Positions 41,766 to 53,037 of a stretch of DNA of 64,000 nucleotides are shown here, in pieces. This DNA is from Macrostomum lignano (taxonomy: Eukaryota). Numbering within the stretch: position 1 is the first letter of the stretch; the number at the start of each line of letters is the position of its first letter. Location: assembly GCA_002269645.1 (NCBI GenBank), contig NIVC01002869.1:1-64000 (forward strand). The letters run 5' to 3'. The translations under genes and the position numbers were made by a program. The notes beneath the pieces were generated by a model. It had not been told where the DNA came from. It did not search any database and worked only from the letters and a program-made list of their open reading frames with translations.

Positions 41766-43506
41766 AGCACCATGAGACACCGGTTGAACAGACCATAGCA
41801 CCATGAGACACCGGTTGAACACACAATAGCACCATGAGACACCGGTTGAACAGACAATAGCACCATGAGACACCGGTTTAACACACAATAGCACCATGAG
41901 ACACCGGTTGAACAGACCATTGCACCATGAGACACCGGTTGAACAGACCATAGCACCATTAGACACCGGTTGAACACACAATAGCACCATGAGACACCGG
42001 TTGAACAGACCATTGCACCATGAGACACCGGTTGAACAGACCATAGCACCATGAGACACCGGTTTAACACACAATAGCACCATGAGACACCGGTTGAACA
42101 GACAATAGCACCATGAGACACCGGTTTAACACACAATAGCACCATGAGACACCGGTTGAACAGACCATTGCACCATGAGACACCGGTTGAAAAGACCATT
42201 GCACCATGAGACACCGGTTTAACACACAATAGCACCATGAGACACCGGTTGAACAGACCATTGCACCATGAGACACCGGTTGAACAGACCATAGCACCAT
42301 TAGACACCGGTTGAACACACAATAGCACCATGAGACACCGGTTGAACAGACCATTGCACCATGAGACACCGGTTGAACAGACCATAGCACCATGATACAC
42401 CGGTTTAACACACAATAGCACAATGAGACACCGGTTGAACAGACCATTGCACCATGAGACACCGGTTGAAAAGACCATTGCACCATGAGACACCGGTTGA
42501 ACAGACCATTGCAGCATGAGACACCGGTTGAACAGACCATTGCACCATGAGACACCGGTTGAACACACAATAGCACCATGAGGCACGGGTTGAAAAGACA
42601 ATAGGCCATGAGGCACGGGTTGAAAAGACCATATCACCATGAGACACCGGTTTAACACACAATAGCACCATGAGGCACCGATTGAACAGACCATATCACC
42701 ATGAGACACCGGTTGAAAAGACCATTGCACCATGAGACACCGGTTGAAAACACTATAGCACCATGAGACACCGGTTGAAAACACAATAGCACCATTAGAC
42801 ACCGGTTGAACAGACCATTGTACCATGAGACACCGGTTGAACACACAATAGCACCATGAGACACCGGTTGAACAGACCATATCACCATGAGACACCGGCT
42901 GAACAGACCATTGCACCATGAGACACCGGTTGAACACACAATAGCACCATGAGGCACCGGTTGAACAGACCATTGCACCATGAGACACCGGTTGAACACA
43001 CAATAGCACCATGAGACACCGGTTGAACAGACCATATCACCATGAGACACCGGTTGAACACACAATAGCACCATTAGACACCGGTTGAACACACAATAGC
43101 ACCATGAGACACCGGTTGAACACACAATAGCACCATGAGACACCTGTTGAACACACAATAGCACCATTAGACACCGGTTGAACACACAATAGCACCATGA
43201 GACACCGGTTGAACACACAATAGCACCATGAGACACCGGTTGAACACACAATAGCACCATGAGACACCGGTTGAACACACAATAGCACCATTAGACACCG
43301 GTTGAACACACAATAGCACCATTAGACACCGGTTGAACACACAATAGCACCATTAGACACCGGTTGAACACACAATAGCACCATTAGACACCGGTTAAAC
43401 ACACAATAGCACCATGAGACACCGGTTGAACACACAATAGCACCATGAGACACCGGTTGAACACACAATAGCACCATGAGACACCGGTTGAACACACAAT
43501 AGCACC
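41766..43506. repeat. Minisatellite of about 31 bp (TRIM9 intron 6)
   Basis: Unit accatgagacaccggttgaacacacaatagc; ends about 35 nt before the exon 7 acceptor. Confidence 0.95.
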
Positions 43507-43541
43507 AATACGAGCTGGATGTCTTTCTTCAACCCTCGCAG

Positions 43542-43849
43542 GTCGCGACGCCCAGTCCTGGTCAATGTACATCGACTTCAAGCGCAGCTGGTTTCTACAC
43601 GCCGGAGAGCACTCTGACAGATGCGACGGCGGCATTGCCAAAGGTGCGGTCATCGGCGTCAGGCTGGACTGCGACAAGGGCAGCTTGTCCTACTACGTCA
43701 ATGACGAGCCGCACGGGCCTGTGGCGTTTTCTGGCCTCTGCGGCCTCGGCCCCCTGCATCCGGCAGTGAATTTGAGCCGAAATGTGCAGCTGACCCTGCG
43801 GCCCGGCCTGGACGTGCCCTCGGAGTCGGAGGAGAGCTCCGAGGAGTGA
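43542..43849 (+). CDS. TRIM9: TRIM9-like exon 7 (SPRY end)
   Basis: cctcgcag/ GRDAQSWSMYIDFKRSWFLH..GGIAKGAVIGVRLD..PAVNLSRNVQLTL..stop. Confidence 0.94.
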
Positions 43850-44722
43850 CCAGAAGTGACTGAGAGTGACAAGAAGTGACTAAAAGGGAGAAAAAGTCTG
43901 AGAGTGACTAGGAGGGATAAAAAGTGACTATAAGAGACTGTGAGTGACTAGAAGAGACCAAGAGTAGCCAGGTGTGACTAGAAGAGACCAAGAGTAACCA
44001 GGTGTGACTAGAAGAGACCAGGAGTAACCAGGTGTGACTAGAAGAGACCGAGAGTAACCAGGAGTGACTAGAAGAGACCAGAAGTAACCAGGAGTGACTA
44101 GAAGAGACCAGGAGTAACCAGGAGTGACTAGAAGAGACCAGGAGTAACCAGGAGTGACTAGAAGAGACCAGGAGTAACCAGGAGTGACTAGAAGAGACCA
44201 GGAGTAACCAGGTGTGACTAGAAGAGACCAGGAGTAACCAGGTGTGACTAGAAGAGACCAGGAGTAACCAGGAGTGACTAGAAGAGACCAGGAGTAACCA
44301 GGAGTGACTAGAAGAGACCAGGAGTAACCAGGTGTGACTAGAAGAGACCAGGAGTAACCAGGAGTGACTAGAAGAGACCAGGAGTAACCAGGAGTGACTA
44401 GAAGAGACCAGGAGTAACCAGGAGTGACTAGAAGATACCAGGAGTAACCAGGAGTGACTAGAAGAGACCAAGAGTAACCAGGTGTGACTAGAAGAGACCA
44501 GGAGTAACCAGGTGTGACTAAAAGAGACCAGGAGTAACCAGGTGTGACTAGAAGAGACCAGGAGTGACCAGGTGTGACTAGAAGAGACCAAGAGTAACCA
44601 GGAGTGACTAGAAGAGACCAAGAGTAACCAGGTGTGACTAGAAGAGACCAGGAGTAACCAGGTGTGACTAAAAGAGACCAGGAGTAACCAGGTGTGACTA
44701 GAAGAGACCAGGAGTGACTAGA
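43843..44722. repeat. 30-bp minisatellite starting at the TRIM9 stop codon
   Basis: Unit ggagtgactagaagagaccaggagtaacca. Confidence 0.92.
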
Positions 44723-45394
44723 AGAGGCGGAGTCATAAAAAGACTGCTTGACTCTGATTAGTCAAACAAATTTTCAATCGCTATGATTTTTCAGTCTCAA
44801 TTTTTCTCAGCAAATGAACAGATGCTTAAAGACATACTTTGCCTGTCTTCGTGGTTAAAATTGACACTTATGCTGCACTGTACATAACAGCAAAACACAC
44901 ACAGGAGCCCCAATTTCTGATCAATTCTATTTCTTATCATCTTAATGTTTCAATGTTGTAAGCCATGTTTCAATATTTACTGCTGAATATGCAGATTTGA
45001 AGCAATAGCATTAGCAATAACAGCTTTGCGTATTTTATAACCAAATAGCAAGTCCCCTTTGATGTGTAAATAAACTCATTAACCTGTTTGGCCCCGAAAT
45101 AGAACTATTATTATACCCATAAATCAAAGAGGATTCTTTGTATCGTTTCGAATCAAATCAGTGTAATAAACAACAGTATCAATGCAATAAAACAACAAAA
45201 GCAACAACAATAAAAACATCAAGACAAAAGCCTCCAGCTATAGACATAGGTCTCCAAGTTGGCCTCGGGATTCCCGTGGCGAATTTCGGATTTCCCTACT
45301 ACTTTAACCATAGAATATATGCACGTTGATCACGACTGGGTAGCGGGACAGATTCTCCTACTAGATTGTACACCTGTAGAAAGCCAATCGCATA

Positions 45395-46176
45395 TCGGAA
45401 ACCTATGTCCGGAGACCTATGTCCGGAGGCCTCTGTCCGGATGCCAATGCCCTCAAATCTATGTCCGGAGGCCAATGTACGGAGACCTCTGTCCGGAGAC
45501 CTCTGTCCGGAGACCTCTGTCCGGGTAAAACTGCTCCGATAAGTGAACGGTTTATAAAGGATTTGATAATCAAAACGATCATCATTTCATTAACTGCATT
45601 CAAACTACCTGTCAATGCGTACTACAATACATTAACTCAACCCATAATTCTGTAATGCATTAAAATGGAATAAACAAGCAGCGTTGCATTATCACACTCA
45701 AACGACCTATGGATACGCAATACATTGAAAACGATTTATAATTCCGTAATGTATCAATCATACATGGATCAATGTATTAAATCGATCTGCAGGTTCTTGA
45801 TGGATTGTGCTGAAACGGTATGAGTTAAGGTGGAGAGATCTGATGGAGAAATTTGACTGGTTAATAGCACTTGACGATTAAATCAATAATCCATGGATCA
45901 ATAAACTAAAACGATTGATCGGCTTGTAACACCTTGGACTAGATTTAGGTTAGGCTCATGTATACGGTTACACTTAGGTTAGGCTTATGGTTAGGCTTAG
46001 GGTTACAGCTCGTAAGTTTAGGTTTATGGCAGGGACTACTCCGACACCGTGTTTGAGTAGTCCCTGGGTTAAGGTTAAAGTTAAGGTTTGGTTTTCAATG
46101 TGAGTTCGGGTTCGCGTTCGCGTTCGGAGACATGGCAGGAATTGTCTGTCGGGCGTCGGAAACTGTATGCACTACC
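45395..46176. mobile_element. Unclassified repeat element with subterminal (gtccggagacct) repeats, telomere-like TTAGGN tract and 12-bp hairpin
   Basis: About 7 copies of tgtccggag at 45405-45525; degenerate ttagg(n) units 45944-46092; stem-loop 46030-46066. Boundaries uncertain. Confidence 0.45.
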
Positions 46177-46247
46177 TACTGAGGTCTGGATTCATCAACA
46201 CGCGTAAGTATTCTTTTAGGTACGCGTTAGGTACGCCTTAGCCACTA

Positions 46248-46336
46248 GTTTGTAGCGTCGTTGTGGTTGGAGCGTCGGACTCACGACTTGAAGGTCGGGG
46301 GTTCGATTCTCGATCCACTCGGAACAATTTGTATCC
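46248..46336 (+). mobile_element. 5-prime fragment of the same SINE
   Basis: tgtagcgtcgttgtggttggagcgtcggactcacgac...ggttcgattctcgatccactcggaacaatttgt matches the heads of copies 1 and 2. Confidence 0.7.
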
Positions 46337-46508
46337 GCAATTTGCATCAGCAATTTCAACAACCGTTGCGACCGCAACCGCGTCCTCGGTCTCTGCAGTA
46401 GCAACAGCAGCAACAGCAGCAACTGTCTCGACCGCAACCGCGTCCTCGGCTTTTTCTGCAGCAGCAACAGCAACGGCGGACTTTGCAATCAGGAAATCTG
46501 CAACAGGA

Positions 46509-46540
<32 letters not shown>

Positions 46541-46825
46541 TTGGCCGTGGCAATCGTCGGCAAGAGCTAGTCCGTCTATTCAGACGCGTACAGATGTGCC
46601 GTCGGTTGTGTACAGAACGACTTGACGTGTGTATTAACTGTGCATCGTTCATAAATGAGCAACGTGCATCAAACTATCGCACGCTTAATGATATGCTGGG
46701 CGGCGCATACCAAGTCGGTACTGACACTAGTCAACAGACTAATCCTGCCGACGCAGTACGCAGCGATAATGATGCTGCTGCCGAGTCCGCTACTCCTTCT
46801 GCTGCCACTGTTAATGCCAGTTTGA

Positions 46826-47536
46826 CAGCCACCACAGCCACAGAAAATATCGCCACGACAGGAGTCAATCGACTTACAACAATACGCACAGTCTGTCCAA
46901 CGATTCGTGCCGTATGCGAAGCCATTGCGACAGGAGAAGGGTGTCGTCTACTTGTACGGCCCTTCCGGTGTTGGTAAAACGCACACCGTATTTGAGCATT
47001 GTGGCGATCGTCGGGTTATTAACATCACCCCCCCCGTCTCGCACTGCAGCCAATACATTTTTATTCAATCAGTTGGACGTGACTATACACAGCGTCATGT
47101 TTATCGACTATCTGCGTCCCGACTTGTTCGACGACAATTCCGATGTCAGGGTGAGTTAAAATCATTGACATGGAATTCCGATTATACGCGTATGAATTTA
47201 TAAGCAACACTTATTTATTATTATCATCGCACCCGTAAAAAATCGCACCCGTAGCTCTCGCTACTTCGACTGATCAACGGCAACACCTTCACTGTGAATG
47301 CCAAATACCAGTCTGTAAGGAGCGAGACGTGGCGAAATCGGCTACTTGTGTTCGCGGGACATGATCCTGTCGCGTCATATTCGCCCGGCGTACAGTGCCG
47401 ACTGAAGAACGGCAGTATGCTGAGGGATCGGCTCGTCACAGTAATCTATGTTGGACATCCGTTGGATGGAACATACGATTGCGACGAGACATGTGTACCT
47501 CTTCGCGATTCATACGGAGATCCACCTCGTCTCTAG
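46826..47536 (+). pseudogene. Parvovirus NS1/Rep-like superfamily 3 helicase fragment (endogenous viral element or domesticated gene), with one intron (47151-47254) and one frameshift (C8 run 47028-47035)
   Basis: Walker A VYLYGPSGVGKT (GPSGVGKT at 46958-46981); NTFLFNQ resembles AAV Rep NENFPFND; Walker B VMFID (47094-47108); B-prime LINGNTFTVNAKY; Arg-finger MLRDRL resembles PLQDRM. Motif spacing fits SF3. Confidence 0.75.
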
Positions 47537-49639
47537 TCTGTTTTTAATTACTGACTGACTGTCAAATGGTGCGTCAACGCTTTGATTCCGTATCGCGATG
47601 TACACAGGACCCACAAGTACGCTGGCTTCTCGATTGTCGCATATCTACTGCAATAGTTGTTGCATTGCGCGTATTTTTTTCTGTTTCATAACAGCTAGTA
47701 TAGTTCATTGTGACGAAAGTACTACTCGTAACTCGTAACGTCTATTGTGTTTGTCCGTTTAGAGAAAAAACTTTAGTTTCATATTTGCCTGTTTTGCGCG
47801 CAGCCCAGTTGTCGATTTGATAAAGACAGTATCAAATCGCACGATGGATGCAAAAACAGTTGTGTTTATTAAATGCTGTGTTGCACTCGTATGCGTGGGT
47901 CTATCTATATAGTACATAAATTAATCGGGCTGCGCCGTTATTGCCTCATTAGGTGTTACGCTCGTGTGTAAATACACATCTGTTCATACCTGTTTCGTTA
48001 CCTTGTACACGTTATCTATACGAGCTAGATTGTCACGTCTCCGCTTTTCTTTTCATTCAAGATTTCATTCTCAGCAACATTGAAAATTGTAAATTGAAAA
48101 TTGAAAATCACGGTGTGCGAGGGTTGGACGGATTAAAGCCGATCAGTTTTCTCGTATCTTTTATTTTAGACTAGTCCAAGAGAAATTGCTCACTGGCGCA
48201 TAGAGTGGCGGCTTTTCAATGTTGCTGAGTATAATGCACTCGATTTTAAATGCTGCCAATCCAACTCATTGCTAGTATATAGGTATCGTGTTATTGCACT
48301 ATTAGTTGGCCATAGACGATTTAATGTATGCATTTAATCAATACTGCGCGTTCGCGCCCTTTTGTCTCTTAATTCTCTTTCGCCCGTTGCAAACGATATT
48401 GCCATAGACCAAGTGCACAAGCGTGAATACCAAATGACCTCGCCTTCGACCAATACATATAGGCGAGAAATCGATTAACTGGCTAATTTAATCATTGTTT
48501 CGTACCAACAAGTATCCCGGCAAAATGGCAAAAACAACAACAAAAACAACAGCAACAGCAGAAATATGACATGTATATTACGTCACTACCTCAGACCTTA
48601 ATTAATGCCAACCAAGGTTCGTTCCATATCCAATCTTATTTTCAATAAGGGTATCTTACTTCCTAGGTATATATGAGCTAGTAAAAAGCTGTACTGAATG
48701 ACGCCAAAATAATATTTTAGAAATTCCTGAATCTGTTTCTTAGAATCTGTAGCGGAGTTGAGTCGGCGCCCGTAAAAGCTTATACTCAACTTTAGTCAGT
48801 CAGGCGGTCAGCTTCTTCCACCCAATTTATCTGGCAGTGTAGTAGATCCGATGTCAAAGCAGAAATTGACTTCCTCACACTCTTCTAGAGAAGGGGGGGT
48901 TGGGACAGAAAAGTCGGGAAAGAAAGAAAAACAGAACGGAATTGAGAGGGGGCTAACTCAAGAAGGAAGAGGAGAAAGTGAGTGATTGAAGTGGACTGCA
49001 GGCTCCGGCTGTTACGTCATCCGCGGAATGTGTCACTATAGCTGCATACAGCGGGAGTTAACTTATAACACCCTGAGCTACAGCAGCTGTAATGCATAGC
49101 CGGCCCATCCTGATTCTGCTCTGGTCAACCCGACGCAGTGACTCACGACGCAGGCGCGGCGCCCGATCGGCATTCCGAACCGAACGCATCTTTTATCTCC
49201 GCCCCCCCCCATCGCAGGGGATTGCCCCATGCAGCGCCTGCCTTCGGGCCGTTTCTCGATTAGTTTTTCTCCCCAGCCGAAAAAAGCTGATAATAATGAG
49301 ATTGAGAGGAGAGGCCGAGCGCCGACTGAGTGCCGAGTGTGAGAAAGAGTGACTCACACCCAGGGCAGGAAGAAAGGTACAAGGCCGGGGTTGCCGCAAA
49401 CGAACGAGATTTGCGCTAGCGGGCCACCTCTGCGAAATGAGGAACGATTTCTCAACTAATTTTTGCAAAAACAGCTAAAATCACGACCAAATGCGCTGTA
49501 AAAACGCAGGTGTATATCTTCATTATTTTATTGTCTACCGGTAATTGATTTATTCATGCATTAGCGAACTTCTTTTCAGGTCTTCAGTTTGAATCACCAT
49601 CGCCTAGGCTCCTCAGTTGCTGAACTGTTACCCTCCCAG

Positions 49640-51030
49640 ATCCTCAGTTGCTGTGCCAGATTCACGGATCCTCAGTGTTGCTGTGCCAGATTCACGGATC
49701 CTCAGTGTTGCTGTGCCAGATTCACGGATCCTCAGTGTTGCTGTGCCAGATTCACAGATCCTCAGTTGCTGTGCCAGATTCACGGATCCTCAGTGTTGCT
49801 GTGCCAGATTCACAGATCCTCAGTTGCTGTGCCAGATTCACGGATCCTCAGTGTTGCTGTGCCAGATTCACGGATCCTCAGTGTTGCTGTGCCAGATTCA
49901 CAGATCCTCAGTTGCTGTGCCAGATTCACGGATCCTCAGTGTTGCTGTGCCAGATTCACGGATCCTCAGTGTTGCTGTGCCAGATTCACGGATCCTCAGT
50001 GTTGCTGTGCCAGATTCACAAATCCTCAGTTCCTGTGCCAGATTCACAGATCCTCAGTTGCTGTGCCAGATTCACAGATCCTCAGTTGCTGTGCCAGATT
50101 CACGGATCCTCAGTGTTGCTGTGCCAGATTCACAGATCCTCAGTTGCTGTGCCAGATTCACGGATCCTCAGTGTTGCTGTGCCAGATTCACGGATCCTCA
50201 GTGTTGCTGTGCCAGATTCACAGATCCTCAGTTGCTGTGCCAGATTCACGGATCCTCAGTGTTGCTGTGCCAGATTCACGGATCCTCAGTGTTGCTGTGC
50301 CAGATTCACGGATCCTCAGTTGCTGTGCCAGATTCACAGATCCTCAGTTCCTGTGCCAGATTCACAGATCCTCAGTTGCTGTGCCAGATTCACAGATCCT
50401 CAGTTGCTGTGCCAGATTCACGGATCCTCAGTTGCTGTGCCAGATTCACGGATCCTCAGTTGCTGTGCCAGATTCACAGATCCTCAGTTGCTGTGCCAGA
50501 TTCACGGATCCTCAGTGTTGCTGTGCCAGATTTACGGATCCTCAGTTGCTGTGCCAGATTCACGGATCCTCAGTGTTGCTGTGCCAGATTCACGGATCCT
50601 CAGTGTTGCTGTGCCAGATTCACGGATCCTCAGTTGCTGTGCCAGATTCAGGGATCCTCAGTTGCTGTGCCAGATTCACGGATCCTCAGTTGCTGTGCCA
50701 GATTCACGGATCCTCAGTTGCTGTGCCAGATTCACGGATCCTCAGTTGCTGTGCCAGATTCAGGGATCCTCAGTTGCTGTGCCAGATTCACGGATCCTCA
50801 GTTGCTGTGCCAGATTCAGGGATCCTCAGTTGCTGTGCCAGATTCACGGATCCTCAGTTGCTGTGCCAGATTCACGGATCCTCAGTTGCTGTGCCAGATT
50901 CACGGATCCTCAGTTGCTGTGCCAGATTCAGGGATCCTCAGTTGCTGTGCCAGATTCACGGATCCTCAGTTGCTGTGCCAGATCACGGATCCTCAGTGTT
51001 GCTGTGCCAGATTTACGGATCCTCAGTTGC
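49640..51030. repeat. 28/31-bp minisatellite upstream of the GPCR
   Basis: Unit gctgtgccagattcacggatcctcagt(tgt)t; degenerate copies recur at 51592-51748. Confidence 0.95.
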
Positions 51031-51779
51031 AGGGCCCTAACCTTCTCAGATCCTAAATCAACTTTCCAACAAGATCCGGGATTATAGTTCTGAGGTTGCA
51101 ATGTTTCGAGACTTTTTTTGCTTATTAAAGTTGATATGAAAGACAAATTCCCAACAGCCTACTCTTGTAAAAGTAGTAAAATAAGCCCGCTATACGAGCT
51201 ACCCAAATTTAGCAGGCAGAAAACGACAGAACGGAACTCCCGCACGGCTTATGGAAGCTGCAAGCCAGAATTAGGGAAATCTCCTAGTGAATTGGGAGCG
51301 AGGGAAGAGCGGTCGAGAGGATGGAGGGTTGGGAATAAATTCTACACTCAAGCCTCAGTCGTCCAATGGCGCAGGCCTTGAATGGCACTATATATCAGCT
51401 ACCGATGGGGGCGAGCCGCCTGCCTGCTTCGCTGCCTACCCAATTCGCATTGCAGCTCTGAGCTCATTTTGTGCTTCTTAATTATTGTTTTGCTGCTGTA
51501 ATTATCCATAGACACTGCCGTATTGTCTGCTTCAAGTATGAATAATAGGTAAGTAGCAGAGGGACACTGGGCATGGGCCATCCCCCACCTTCCCAGATCC
51601 TCAGATTGTGCGGCTACCCTCCCAGATCCTCAGATTGTGCGGCTACCCTCCCAGATCCTCAGTTGCTGGGCCAGCCTCCCAGATCCTCGGTTGATGGGCC
51701 AGCCTCCCAGATCCTCAGTTGCTGAACCAGCATTCCAGATCCTCAGTTGAAACCTTCCTCATTTTTCAGTAGCAACTTC

Positions 51780-52217
51780 ATGCAGGAGCAGCAACTCTGC
51801 TTCAAGAACGCCAGCCTCGAATGGTTCGACTGCTCCGGCTGCGGCCAAATGCGCGCCGTCGACTCTTCCTGGTGGCGCGCCGTCGTGGTGTTCGTGGTGT
51901 CTCTGCTGGCCGTGCCCGCCAACCTGCTGGTCATTGTGATTGTCTACCAGACGCCCGCCCTGCGGAACAACCAGGGCATCTACATGCTGTGCCTGGCGCT
52001 CAGCGACCTCGGCACTGGCCTGTGGTTTCTGGCGTTCTGCTTTCGCTACGCCGTCACCGGCTACGGGCCGCAGTCACCCGAGGAGCTGGACATCGGGGCC
52101 TGGGTGTACTACCTCACCATCACCACTGCGCTCTGCTTCACCCTGGCCATCGGCATGGACAAGCTGCACCAGATCAAGTGGCCTTACAGCTACGATCGGG
52201 TCATGACCAGGAGAAAG
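51780..52217 (+). CDS. Class A (rhodopsin-like) GPCR exon 1 (TM1-TM3); join(51780-52217,52291-52989) = 378 aa
   Basis: ATG 51780; ANLLVI (TM1), LALSDL (TM2), IGMDKL (DRY position); donor AAG/gtgcga. Confidence 0.85.
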
Positions 52218-52290
52218 GTGCGAGACGGTGGTAACTTGGGAGTTTCGATTCATATTTAGGCAAGCCAGCTGTCAAACCCACCCGCCACAG

Positions 52291-52989
52291 GTGATCGCAA
52301 TAGCTTCCAGCATCTGGCTGGTCATCGGCATTCTGAGCCTTCTGCCAACTCGAATCGTGCCAATCAGCGGCTATTACTACGAGTTCACGAGCAGTTCGCT
52401 CATGTTCAACACCAAAACCTGCGGAGCCAACGCGCACAGCAAAGTGGACGTGACCCTGGTGGTCACCCGCATCGGCCTGATCCTGTTCATGGTGGTCATG
52501 CTAGTCGGCGGCTACGGCAGCCTGTTGGTCATCTCCCGCCGCCATCTGCGCAACATGCAGCGAATGCAGGAATGCGCGGCCGCTGCGCCGCTCCGACCGC
52601 AAGCGGCCGACGTTGACGGCATCGACAGGGACAGCGGCAGCGGCGGCGGCGGCAACGGCAGGAGCAGCAAATACGAGAGTCGCAGGAGCGGCCTGCGTGG
52701 CTGGATTACCAACGCCTGCGTCATTCTTGGCTTCCTGGTGTGCTGGCTGCCATTCTTCATCTACAAGATCGCCATCGCGATCGGGCCGGGCGGCGGCGAC
52801 ACGGAGACCGGCCAGTTCTGCATCATCTGGTTCACCATGAACTACACCAGCATCAATGTTGCTATCTATGGCGGCACCTATAAGCCGTTTAAGAAGGGCG
52901 CAAAGCGCTTCATCGGGAGGCTGTGCGGAAAGTCTGTGGCGAAGCGCGAGGAAATGTTCATGTCGCAGCGGGGGCACAACAGGCGCTGA
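52291..52989 (+). CDS. Class A GPCR exon 2 (TM4-TM7 and tail)
   Basis: 73-nt intron 52218-52290 ends ccgccacag in phase 0; IW in TM4, FLVCWLPFF in TM6, NVAIY in TM7, helix-8-like FKKGAKRF. Confidence 0.88.
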   Translation: MIAIASSIWLVIGILSLLPTRIVPISGYYYEFTSSSLMFNTKTCGANAHSKVDVTLVVTRIGLILFMVVMLVGGYGSLLVISRRHLRNMQRMQECAAAAPLRPQAADVDGIDRDSGSGGGGNGRSSKYESRRSGLRGWITNACVILGFLVCWLPFFIYKIAIAIGPGGGDTETGQFCIIWFTMNYTSINVAIYGGTYKPFKKGAKRFIGRLCGKSVAKREEMFMSQRGHNRR

Positions 52990-53037
52990 GCTGATCACGA
53001 CTGGGATAACTACGAGGCGCAGGGGGTGGTCGCAGAG

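Noticed and set aside
46042-46054. CRESS-DNA virus nick site in the hairpin loop
   Set aside because: The loop cgacaccgtgttt has no NANTATTAC-like nonamer on either strand, and the helicase motifs look more parvoviral.
47540-48800. Capsid or second viral gene after the helicase
   Set aside because: Only short ORFs (under about 75 aa) without capsid-like features on either strand.
52218-52290. Apparent GPCR frameshift or pseudogene
   Set aside because: Explained by a 73-nt GT-AG phase-0 intron.
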